Positions 19,701 through 28,316 of a stretch of DNA of 64,000 nucleotides are shown here, piece after piece. Within the stretch, counting starts at the first letter, position 1. Every line of letters starts with the position of its first letter. A program made the translations under genes and the position numbers. A model generated the notes under the pieces. The model was not told the DNA's origin. It saw nothing but the letters and a program-made list of their open reading frames with translations, and ran no database searches. Source of the DNA: Actinomycetota bacterium (GTDB taxonomy: Bacteria; Actinomycetota; Acidimicrobiia; IMCC26256; JACDBD01). Where the stretch lies: NCBI GenBank assembly GCA_052390575.1, contig JBQTGU010000002.1, forward strand, positions 108 through 64,107, in the 5' to 3' direction.

Positions 19701-22195
19701 CCGGCCCCCGTCCCGGCGAGCGAAAGGCCCGGCGGATGCCGCTCACCCTCGGCCGGGCAGTGCAGGTGGGCGAAGCTCTGCTGGGCGCCGAGCTCGGGGT
19801 CGATCCAACGCAGCAACACGGTCCGTGCCTCACCGGCCGCGATCGTCACCACGATCTCGCCGACGGTCGTCGCCGACTCGGGCGCCGCCGCCGCGTTACA
19901 CGTGCCGTGGGCGACGACGGCTCCGTGCGATCGGGGCACGGCCACCAACGCATCCTCGTCGGCAGGCATCGGCAGCCCGATGCGGGCGCCGTCGGGATCG
20001 GGGGCGATGACCGCCGACATGCTCTCGGCGATGTCCCAGTCGATCGCGACGTCGGTCGCACCGGCGCGGTCGTTGACCACGATCAGCGGGAGCGTGACGT
20101 CTCCGGGCGCGACCACCGACGTGTCCTGGAGCGCGATCACGAGCAGCGGGCGGCTGGCGTCACGGAACGCCTCATAGGCACGCTTCGGGACGCGCTCGAC
20201 GTCGACGAGGCCGCCGCCGGCGTAGCCCCACCAGTCGGACCAGAAATGCCAGCGGTACCCCATGAACGGCTCGCCCCGGCGGGCCCGGAACCACTCGGTC
20301 TGGTACTTGGCCAGGGCGGCGCCGTACTCCTCGGTGGCCTCCCGCCAGGCGTCGAGCGACTCGTACCGTGACGGCAGCCCCGCGAACGCGCAGGTCGAGC
20401 CGATGAACGACAGCCGACTGACCCATTCCCGCAGCTGCGCCGGGTCCGGCGGCCAGCCCTGGTCACCGAACTTGTGGGCTTGCGGACCGATCGTCCAGAA
20501 GCCGTACTCCGACACGAACCACGCCGGCTGCTCGCGCACCCGGTACAGGCTGCCGCCGGCCAGCGACCCGGCGTAGTTGTGCACGTCGTCACCGATGCCC
20601 GACGCGCGGTGCACGTGGCGGCTGTCGTCGACCGTTCGGAGCGCGGCCTCGAGGGCGGCGTCGAGATGCGCCTCCCCGAGGTCGGTCTCGGGGCCGTCGT
20701 CGCCGCGCACCCCGGTCACGTTGCCGAACATGCGGGCAGGCTCGTTGTGGCAGGCGTAGTACACGAGGCTGGGGTGGTTGTGCAGCAGGTACCCCATCTC
20801 GGCGATCTGGCGGCAGGCGGTGTCGACGAACCCCGGGTTCGTCTCGGTCCCCGAGTCGTAGAACCACTGGAGGGGGAAGTCCTGGAACACGAGGATGCCG
20901 GCGTCGTCAGCGGCGTCGTAGCAGTCAGCCGACTGCACGTGGGCGTGGACCCCGATCGAGTTGCCGTGGGCGGCGGCGATGAGCCGCATGTCGCGGTCGT
21001 AGAAACTGCGACCGACCTCGGCGAAGTGCTGCCACGGGATGTAGTTCACCGCCTTGACGAACACCGACCGCCCGTTGACCTCGAGCTCACGGGCGCGGCC
21101 GTCGTCCCCGGTCACGATCCGGGCGGTCCGCACGCCGAACCGGGCCCGCCGACGATCGAGAACGTGCTCGCCGTCGGCGACTGCCACCGCGACCTCGTGG
21201 GTGGTCGGCGCGCCGGCTGAGCCCGTCGGCTCCCAGCGCGCCAGTGCGTCGAGGCCGGCGACCGCGTCCACCCGGCCCGATCCGGGTGGCGCGTCGAACG
21301 CCACTGCCGCCCGTTCGCCTCCTATCTCGAGGTGCGCGGTGAGGGGGCGCAGCTCGTCGGTGTGGTTCGTGACCACCAGCGCGAGCTGCATCCCGCCGGG
21401 GTCGTCGAGAGGAGTGGCGAAGACGGCGTCGAGGGTCACGTCGTGGGTGCGCTCGAGCGTCACCGCGCCGGTGATGCCGGCGGTCGTCATCGACTGTCCC
21501 CACTCGGGCGTCCACACCCACGGGTCCTCGCCCGGAGCGAGCGGCCCGACCATCCGCCCCGGCAGCCCGCCCGGGCGGCTGTCGTGGTACTTGAGCGTGC
21601 CCTTGATCACCCGCTTGCGGTGCTGGAAGAAGACTGCGGCGGGGTCGAGGTCCTCGAGCGGGTCCTGCACCGCGACCACGAGCTCGTTGTCCTTCGCCAA
21701 CCGCCCGGTGACGTCGAAGCCGAACGGCGCGAAGTAGCCCTCGTGGTGGCCCAGGTGCTCGCCGTTGAGCCATACGTCGGCGAGGTAGTCGACGGCGGCG
21801 AACCGCAAGCGGGCGCGACCGCGGGCGTCGTCGGTCGCGGTGTAGCCGAACCGCCGTCGGTACCAGACCGGCGCGAACTGCCGCGAGAGCTCGGAGTCGA
21901 AGCCGAAGTTCTCGGGGACGACCACTCGCCTCCACTCCGCCTCCTCGCCGGGCACTCCCGACGCGGCCCGTGCCCCCGCCGCGGGGAACGCGGGATCACC
22001 GCTCTCGTCGGCCCACTGCTGCCAGGCGCCGTTGAGGTCGACCGTGATGCGGCCGCTGCCCGACGGCGCTGCGCCCGGGTCGACGGTCGACCAGGACACC
22101 GGCGCCGCCCGCGCCACCGGCTCGAACTCGGAGTGCTCGCTGACGGGCGCAGCCCCGGGGCGGGGACGCTCCGCCACCCGGAGGTCCCAGGTCAC
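19697..22195 (-). CDS. glycoside hydrolase family 2 protein (beta-galactosidase/beta-mannosidase-like)
   Basis: 832 aa from GTG 22195 (GTGA overlap with the galK stop). WYRRRF, DVWLNG, acid/base-like CHNEP and nucleophile-like VSEYGFW motifs are present. The upstream part of ORF 19697..22900 is out of frame over galK. Confidence 0.7.
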   Translation of the reverse strand: MTWDLRVAERPRPGAAPVSEHSEFEPVARAAPVSWSTVDPGAAPSGSGRITVDLNGAWQQWADESGDPAFPAAGARAASGVPGEEAEWRRVVVPENFGFDSELSRQFAPVWYRRRFGYTATDDARGRARLRFAAVDYLADVWLNGEHLGHHEGYFAPFGFDVTGRLAKDNELVVAVQDPLEDLDPAAVFFQHRKRVIKGTLKYHDSRPGGLPGRMVGPLAPGEDPWVWTPEWGQSMTTAGITGAVTLERTHDVTLDAVFATPLDDPGGMQLALVVTNHTDELRPLTAHLEIGGERAAVAFDAPPGSGRVDAVAGLDALARWEPTGSAGAPTTHEVAVAVADGEHVLDRRRARFGVRTARIVTGDDGRARELEVNGRSVFVKAVNYIPWQHFAEVGRSFYDRDMRLIAAAHGNSIGVHAHVQSADCYDAADDAGILVFQDFPLQWFYDSGTETNPGFVDTACRQIAEMGYLLHNHPSLVYYACHNEPARMFGNVTGVRGDDGPETDLGEAHLDAALEAALRTVDDSRHVHRASGIGDDVHNYAGSLAGGSLYRVREQPAWFVSEYGFWTIGPQAHKFGDQGWPPDPAQLREWVSRLSFIGSTCAFAGLPSRYESLDAWREATEEYGAALAKYQTEWFRARRGEPFMGYRWHFWSDWWGYAGGGLVDVERVPKRAYEAFRDASRPLLVIALQDTSVVAPGDVTLPLIVVNDRAGATDVAIDWDIAESMSAVIAPDPDGARIGLPMPADEDALVAVPRSHGAVVAHGTCNAAAAPESATTVGEIVVTIAAGEARTVLLRWIDPELGAQQSFAHLHCPAEGERHPPGLSLAGTGAG

Positions 22196-23382
22196 GCCGG
22201 CTCCAACGAGACCGAGCCGGCGCCGTCGACCGCCCGGACGACGAACGCCGACGGCTCGAGCGCGGTCGCGTCGCGGTACCGCCGCACGGTCTTGGCCGCG
22301 AGGTCGTCGGCGTGGTTGCGCTGGACGAGCGCAACCACACAACCGCCGAAGCCCGCGCCCGTGAGCCTCGCCCCGAGCGCACCCCCCTCGACGAGCAGGT
22401 CGACGAGCAGGTCGAGCTCGGGTGTGGACACCTCGAGGTCGTCGCGCAGGCTCGCGTGACTGGCGAGCAGGAGCGGACCGAGCGCGCCGATGTCGCCGGC
22501 GCGGAGCGCGGCCGCGGCCTCGACCACGCGCTGGTTCTCGCTGACGACGTGGCGGGCGCACGGCTCGTCCGCCACTTGCTCGGGCCGGGCGTCCCGCAGC
22601 GCGGGCACACCGAGGCGGACCGCAACCGCCTCGCACGCGGCTCGGCGCTCGGCGTACGCGCTCGCGGCGAGGGTGCGGGAGATCCCCGAGTGCACGACCA
22701 GGACCGCCAGCCCCGGCGGGAGGGGGACCGGATCGACGTCGAGGGTGCGACAGTCGACGAGCAGGGCATGCCCGGCTTGGCCGAACAACGACGCCAGCTG
22801 GTCCATGAGGCCGCTGGGGACCCCGGTCGCCAGCTGCTCGGCCTGCTGGGCCACCCGGGCCAGGTCGCGACGGTCGAGCTCCCGGCCGCCTACCTCCCAA
22901 CCGCTGCCGCCCGTGATCGCCAGTGTCAGCGCGACCGCGAACGCGGCGCTCGACGACAGTCCCGAGCCGGCAGGCACCGCCGACGACACCGCCGCATCCA
23001 GACCCGAGGTCGGGTGGCCGCGCTCCCGTAGGGCGCGCAGGATCCCGACCACGAAGCGGCCCCAGACCGATTCGACCCCGCCGAGCTCGTCACTGCCGTC
23101 GGCGACGACGTCGACCCGGCCGCCGAGATCGAGCGAGCGGACGGCGACCCGGGCATCGCCGGCGGGCCGCCACGCCACCAGGCACTCGCGGTTGATGGCC
23201 AGCGGGAGGACGAGACCGTCGTTGTAGTCGGTGTGGTCGCCGATCAGATTGACGCGTCCCGGCGCCCGGACCACCCGGAGCCCGGCGCGGCCGCGCATCG
23301 TGTCGACCAGCGCTTCGAGCCGCGCATCGCCCACGATCGGGGAGCCTACGATGAGGGCCGGCGCGGGCGAGAGGTCGCCCAT
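22192..23382 (-). CDS. galK: galactokinase
   Basis: 396 aa with VRAPGRVNLIGDHTDYNDG signature and GHMP kinase motif PAGSGLSSSAA. Confidence 0.85.
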   Translation of the reverse strand: MGDLSPAPALIVGSPIVGDARLEALVDTMRGRAGLRVVRAPGRVNLIGDHTDYNDGLVLPLAINRECLVAWRPAGDARVAVRSLDLGGRVDVVADGSDELGGVESVWGRFVVGILRALRERGHPTSGLDAAVSSAVPAGSGLSSSAAFAVALTLAITGGSGWEVGGRELDRRDLARVAQQAEQLATGVPSGLMDQLASLFGQAGHALLVDCRTLDVDPVPLPPGLAVLVVHSGISRTLAASAYAERRAACEAVAVRLGVPALRDARPEQVADEPCARHVVSENQRVVEAAAALRAGDIGALGPLLLASHASLRDDLEVSTPELDLLVDLLVEGGALGARLTGAGFGGCVVALVQRNHADDLAAKTVRRYRDATALEPSAFVVRAVDGAGSVSLEPA

Positions 23383-23397
23383 GGCGGAGGAGTCGGC

Positions 23398-25752
23398 GTG
23401 ACGGTTCGCTTTGTGCGGGCCTTGCTCGGACGTTTCGGCGCGCGTCGCCGCAACGTCTCCCGTACCGCTCTCGCCGCGCGCGCTCTCGGGACCATCGCGC
23501 TCGCTGCTGGATTGATTGCGGCGCGCCGCCGGTGGGCGCGCCGACCGACCCCGACTCCGATTCCCGCGCCCGCCGAGGAGTTGCCGGCCGAGCCCGAGCC
23601 CACGGTCGCACCGCCGCCCGAGCCCGAGCCCGAGCCCGAACCCGAACCCGAACCGGTTCCGCGCCCGCGCCTGCGCCGGCGGGCGGCGCTCGCGTTCCGC
23701 AACCTTGTGCTAATCCTCGCCGTCGGCGGGCTCAGCCTCGGTGCGTGCTTCGCCGCGATCATCCCCGGCGCCCAGATGATCGCCGCCGGTCACCACTTCA
23801 CCGCCGACGAGCTCAAAGGCGACCTGAGCGAGCTCTCGCAGCGCACCACCGTGTACGCCAACGACGGGTCGCGTATCGGCATCCTCGGCCTCGAGGATCG
23901 CGACCCGATCACGTTCGCCGAGGTCCCGCCGCTGGTGATCGACGCCGTCATCGCAACCGAGGACCAGACCTTCTGGGACAACCCCGGCATCGACGTCGGC
24001 TCGGTCTTCCGGGCGCTGGTCACCAACGCGTCGGCAGGGGAGATCGAGCAGGGCGGCTCGACGATCACGCAGCAGCTGGTCAAGAACCGGCTGTTCCGGG
24101 CGAACCGCGACCTCGACAAGAAGGTGCGCGAGCTCGTGCTCGCGTACCGGCTGAACCAGGAGTACACGAAGGAGGAGATCCTCGAGGAGTACCTGAACAC
24201 CGTGTACTTCGGGGCGGGGTCGTACGGGATCCGGTCGGCGGCCGAGCGGTTCTTCCTCACGACCGAGCCCGGTTTCGGCGCGCCGCGCGGGAAGCGTCTC
24301 GACGAGCTCAACCTGTCGGAGGCCGCGCTCCTGGCCGGCGTCATCGCCAACCCGGAGGGCGACAGCCCCTTCACCCACCCGGAGCGGGCGCTCGAGCGCC
24401 GACGCGAGACGCTCGATGCCATGGCGGACGAGGGGTACATCACGCCGGCGGAGGCCGACTACGCCGCCCAGGCGCCGCTGCCGACGGTGGTGCCGCCAGC
24501 GGAGCTCCGCCCCCAGACCTACTTCGTCGAGGAAGTGCAGCGGCATCTCCTCGCCGACCCCCGGTTGGGCGCGACCGAAGCCGAGCGCCTCGAGCGGGTG
24601 CTGCGGGGCGGCCTCGACGTGTACACGACCCAGGACCCGATCGCCCAGTTCCACGCCCAGACCGCGGTGAACTCGATCGTGCCGAACGAGCCGCCGTTCA
24701 CCGCCGCGCTCGTCGCGGTCGAACCCGGCACCGGCGCGGTGCGCGCCCTGGTCGGCGGGCCCGGCTTCGAGGAGCTCGAATACGACATCGTCACGCACGC
24801 ACCCGGTCGCCAGGTCGGGTCGGCGTGGAAGGTGATCACGCTGGCGGCTGCGCTGGAGGCCGGGTACTCGCCCAACGACGTCATCGACGGGACGTCACCC
24901 TGCACGGTCGACAACCCTGACTACGGGAAGTACACGACGGTCAACGCCGAGCCGAGCAGCGGCGGGGTGATGAACGTCCGCGCCGCCACGGTCGGCTCGG
25001 TCAACTGCGCCTACGTCCGGCTGTTCTCGAGTGTGGGCCCGCAGCGGGTCATCGACGTCGCCCACCGCCTCGGGATCCGGCAGCAGACCCTCCAGCCCTA
25101 CCTCTCGGCGACGCTGGGGACCATCGAGGCGACCCCGCTCGAGATGGCGACGGTCGGGGCGACGATCGCCGCCGACGGCGTGCGGCGTGACCCGTACTTC
25201 GTGCACAAGGTGGTCGCGCCCGACGGCACGGTCATCGTCGACGAGACCGGCCGCCCCGGCATCCCGGCAATCCCGCCCGGGGTGGCGGCGTGCGAGATCG
25301 ACATCCTCCAGGGAGTGGTCACCGGCGGGACCGGGACCCGGGCCCGGCTGCCGGGCCGGGCGGTGGCGGGCAAGACCGGCACCACCGACAACAAGACCGA
25401 CGCCTGGTTCCTCGGGTTCACCCCCCAGCTGTCGGCCACGGTCTGGCACGGAGCGAGTACCGGGGCCGTCCCCGGGGCAGGCTTTGGCGGTGACATCCCC
25501 GCTCGCATCTGGCAGGCGTTCATGAGCGCCCAGCTCGCCGGTCAGCCGGCGGCCCCCTTCCCGCGCCCGGGGCCGGGGTGCAACCAGCCCGGGCAGCTCG
25601 TGTTCGACTTCGGGCGGGTCCACCCATGGGCGCTGGCACTGCTCTTCCCGCCCCCGCCGTTCCCGATCGGGCCGCCCCTCCCGCCGGGCACGCCGACCGT
25701 GGCCGGGCCGGTCCCCGCGACCCCGCCGCTGCCACCGCCGACGCGACAATGA
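23398..25752 (+). CDS. class A penicillin-binding protein (GT51 transglycosylase + transpeptidase), paralog 1
   Basis: EDQTFWDNPGID, GGSTITQQLVKN, RKV.E..LA..LE-type GT51 motifs, then a transpeptidase domain (SAWKVITLAAAL; KTGTT). Start set at GTG 23398 after GGCGGAGGAG. Long Pro/Glu-rich cytoplasmic N-terminus and Pro-rich C-terminal tail. Confidence 0.8.
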   Translation: MTVRFVRALLGRFGARRRNVSRTALAARALGTIALAAGLIAARRRWARRPTPTPIPAPAEELPAEPEPTVAPPPEPEPEPEPEPEPVPRPRLRRRAALAFRNLVLILAVGGLSLGACFAAIIPGAQMIAAGHHFTADELKGDLSELSQRTTVYANDGSRIGILGLEDRDPITFAEVPPLVIDAVIATEDQTFWDNPGIDVGSVFRALVTNASAGEIEQGGSTITQQLVKNRLFRANRDLDKKVRELVLAYRLNQEYTKEEILEEYLNTVYFGAGSYGIRSAAERFFLTTEPGFGAPRGKRLDELNLSEAALLAGVIANPEGDSPFTHPERALERRRETLDAMADEGYITPAEADYAAQAPLPTVVPPAELRPQTYFVEEVQRHLLADPRLGATEAERLERVLRGGLDVYTTQDPIAQFHAQTAVNSIVPNEPPFTAALVAVEPGTGAVRALVGGPGFEELEYDIVTHAPGRQVGSAWKVITLAAALEAGYSPNDVIDGTSPCTVDNPDYGKYTTVNAEPSSGGVMNVRAATVGSVNCAYVRLFSSVGPQRVIDVAHRLGIRQQTLQPYLSATLGTIEATPLEMATVGATIAADGVRRDPYFVHKVVAPDGTVIVDETGRPGIPAIPPGVAACEIDILQGVVTGGTGTRARLPGRAVAGKTGTTDNKTDAWFLGFTPQLSATVWHGASTGAVPGAGFGGDIPARIWQAFMSAQLAGQPAAPFPRPGPGCNQPGQLVFDFGRVHPWALALLFPPPPFPIGPPLPPGTPTVAGPVPATPPLPPPTRQ
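23620..23655 (+). repeat. in-frame hexanucleotide repeat (GAGCCC x3, GAACCC x2, GAACCG) encoding (EP)6
   Basis: Read directly at 23620-23655, inside the PBP paralog 1 N-terminal region. Confidence 0.9.
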
Positions 25753-25783
25753 GTGCGGCACGACCCGTGTGCAGCCAGCGACA

Positions 25784-25850
25784 TTGGCGTCCGAGCGAGC
25801 GCCTGCGGCGCAGGTACCCTGCGCCGCAGCGAGTGAGGTAATGGAGGAGG
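25784..25850 (+). repeat. intergenic hairpin element, copy A (GAGCG-flanked family)
   Basis: Perfect 12-bp stem CTGCGGCGCAGG (25803-25814) / CCTGCGCCGCAG (25818-25829), loop TAC. 59/67 nt identical to copy B by hand alignment. Confidence 0.85.
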
Positions 25851-25857
25851 CCGGGAG

Positions 25858-28173
25858 TTGCGCGTCGAGCAAGGGGCCACCGGCGGACGCCGAGTTGAGC
25901 GCGCCCGGCTGGTCGCGCCGCTACGGGCGCGCGTCGGTCTGCTCGCCGGCGTCCTCACCAACGCGGTGGTCCTCCCCCTCCATCGGGCGCGCAACGGGAA
26001 CGGCGCCGCCGCTGTACCCGCGGCGCCCGTGGCGCCCGACGCACCCGCCGCGATCTCGTGGTTCGCGCCCGACCTCACCGTCCGGCGTCACGGCTTGGCG
26101 CTGTGGACCCACGTCACCCGTACGTTCGCGGTCATCCTCGTCGTCGGCGGCCTCAGCGTGGGCGCGCTCCTGGCCGCGGTCATCCCGGGTGCGCAGGTGC
26201 TCGCCACCAGCAACCGGTACACGCCCTTCGAAATCCGGGGCGCGCTCAAGCAGCTGTCGGAGCGGACGACCGTCTACGACGCCGCCGGCAACGAGATCGG
26301 CCTCCTCGGGCTCGAGGACCGCCAACCGGTGGACCTCGAAGAAGTCCCTCAGCTGGTCATCGACGCCGTGATCGCGGCCGAGGACCAGACGTTCTGGGAG
26401 AACCCGGGCGTCGATCTCAGCGGCACGTTCCGCGCGTTTCTCGAGAACGTCACCTCGGGCGAGATCGAGCAGGGCGGCTCGACAATCAGCCAGCAGCTGG
26501 TCAAGAACCGCGTCCTCAGCTCGACCCGCGACCTCGACCGCAAGGTGCGCGAGATGGTGCTCGCGTACCGGCTCAACGAGGAGTACTCGAAGAAGGAGAT
26601 CCTCGAGGAGTACCTCAACACCGTGTACTTCGGTGAGGGGTCGTACGGCATCAAGACCGCCGCGCAACGCATCATCGGGAAGCCCCTCGACCAGCTCGGC
26701 ATCGGCGACGCCGCGCTCCTGGCCGGGCTCATTGCCAACCCCGAGGGCGACAACCCGTTCCTCTCGCCGGATCGCGCGCTCGAGCGCCGCGCCGAGGTGC
26801 TCGACGAGCAGGTCGATCAGGGGTACATCACTCAGGACGAGGCCAACTTCGCCCAAGCCGGACCCCTGCCGGCAGTCAAGCCGGCGCCGGTCGACCTCCG
26901 GCCGCAGAACTTCTTCGTCGAGGAGGTTCAACGCCGGCTGCTGGACGACGAGCGCCTCGGCGAGACCGAACAGGAGCGGCGCGACACGCTGCTGCGCGGG
27001 GGTCTCGAGGTGCACACGACCCTCGACCCGGTCGCCCAGCAGCAGGCCCAGGACGCGATCAACCGACGGTTGCCCAACCGGGCCGGGTTCACCGCTGCGC
27101 TCGTCGCAGTCGAACCCGAGACCGGTTTCGTGCGCGCCATGGTCGGCGGGCCCGGGTTCGAGCGCAACCAGTACAACATCGCGACGTCCCCGCCGGGCCA
27201 GCAGGCGGGCTCGGCGTGGAAGGTCATCACGCTCGCGGCTGCGCTCGAGAGCGGCTACTCGCCCAACGACATCGTGAGCGGATCGTCGCCGTGCACCGTG
27301 CCGTCGGGGGAGGGGTACGGCGACCCCGGGAAGTACGGGAGGGCGACCACCCGCAACGCCGAGGGTGGCGGCGGCACCATGACGATCCGGCGGGCGACGA
27401 CCGGGTCGGTCAACTGCGCGTACGCGCGGATCTCGAACTCGGTCGGGTACGAGCGCGTCATCGAGATCGCCCACCGGCTGGGCATCAAGCAGGACCTCGG
27501 CCGCACTGGCGAGGACGGGAACTGGTACCCCGCCTATACGCCGGTCCTGACCCTCGGGGTGTTCGAGTCGACGCCGCTCGAGATGGCGACCGTGATGGCC
27601 ACCATCGTGAACGGGGGCGAGCGCAAGGACCCGACGTTCGTCGAGCGGGTCGTCGGCCCCGACGGACAGGAGATCTTCAACGACCGTGAACGCGACGGCG
27701 TGCGGGCCATCTCACCGGAAGCGGCCTCGTGCGAGATCGACATCCTCAGGGGTGTCGTGACCGGCGGGACCGGAACCGGCGCCCGGCTCAGCCGGCATGT
27801 CGCCATCGGCAAGACCGGCACCACCGACCGCAAGGCCGACGCCAACTTCATCGGGGCGGTGCCGCAGCTGGTGGCGCACGTCTGGTACGGATCACCCGAG
27901 GGCGACATCCCCGGCGCCGGGTTCGGTGGGCAGACCCCGGCGTCGATCTGGCGCGAGTTCATGAGCGCGTACACCGCCGACAAACCCGTCGTTCCGTGGC
28001 CGGCACCGTCGCTCAACTGCGTGGTCAAGGGGGCCCGCGTGACCGACCTCGGCCGCGACACGAGCCGTCCCGTCTCGACTCCCGCGCCGGCTCCGCCCGC
28101 CTTCCCGCCGCCGGACAGCACGCCGGTGCCGGCCCCGCCCGCAACCGAGTTGCCGCCGGCGGTCATCCCGTGA
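25858..28173 (+). CDS. class A penicillin-binding protein (GT51 + transpeptidase), paralog 2
   Basis: Same motif set as paralog 1 (EDQTFWENPGVD, GGSTISQQLVKN, SAWKVITLAAAL, KTGTT). TTG 25858 lies 7 nt after GGAGGAGG; start uncertain. Confidence 0.8.
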   Translation: MRVEQGATGGRRVERARLVAPLRARVGLLAGVLTNAVVLPLHRARNGNGAAAVPAAPVAPDAPAAISWFAPDLTVRRHGLALWTHVTRTFAVILVVGGLSVGALLAAVIPGAQVLATSNRYTPFEIRGALKQLSERTTVYDAAGNEIGLLGLEDRQPVDLEEVPQLVIDAVIAAEDQTFWENPGVDLSGTFRAFLENVTSGEIEQGGSTISQQLVKNRVLSSTRDLDRKVREMVLAYRLNEEYSKKEILEEYLNTVYFGEGSYGIKTAAQRIIGKPLDQLGIGDAALLAGLIANPEGDNPFLSPDRALERRAEVLDEQVDQGYITQDEANFAQAGPLPAVKPAPVDLRPQNFFVEEVQRRLLDDERLGETEQERRDTLLRGGLEVHTTLDPVAQQQAQDAINRRLPNRAGFTAALVAVEPETGFVRAMVGGPGFERNQYNIATSPPGQQAGSAWKVITLAAALESGYSPNDIVSGSSPCTVPSGEGYGDPGKYGRATTRNAEGGGGTMTIRRATTGSVNCAYARISNSVGYERVIEIAHRLGIKQDLGRTGEDGNWYPAYTPVLTLGVFESTPLEMATVMATIVNGGERKDPTFVERVVGPDGQEIFNDRERDGVRAISPEAASCEIDILRGVVTGGTGTGARLSRHVAIGKTGTTDRKADANFIGAVPQLVAHVWYGSPEGDIPGAGFGGQTPASIWREFMSAYTADKPVVPWPAPSLNCVVKGARVTDLGRDTSRPVSTPAPAPPAFPPPDSTPVPAPPATELPPAVIP

Positions 28174-28249
28174 CCCTCCGCACCCTGCCGCCGGCCACCT
28201 GAGATACTAAGGGAATGCGTGCGGCCGCAGCGATCTGGATCGGTATGAC

Positions 28250-28316
28250 TTGGCGTCCGAACGAGCGGCCGCGGCGCAGGTACCCTGCGCCGCAGCGAGC
28301 GAGGCAATAGAGAATG
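28250..28316 (+). repeat. intergenic hairpin element, copy B
   Basis: CCGCGGCGCAGG (28269-28280) / TAC / CCTGCGCCGCAG (28284-28295). The conserved block ends at the ATG (28314) of the downstream gene. Confidence 0.85.

Noticed and set aside
23620-23655. Short tandem repeats (23620-23655 and 60127-60186) as a CRISPR array or minisatellite locus.
   Set aside because: They have no spacer-repeat architecture and only 4-6 units of 6 or 15 nt. One is in-frame coding low complexity and the other is a gene-end spacer.
25769-25850. Possible conserved small peptide ('ASERA.AAQVPCAAASE') encoded by both ORF 25769..26371 and ORF 28250..30277.
   Set aside because: The shared peptide is simply the translation of the repeated hairpin element A/B. 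Both ORFs then run out of frame through real genes. The palindromic nucleotide structure explains the conservation better than coding does.
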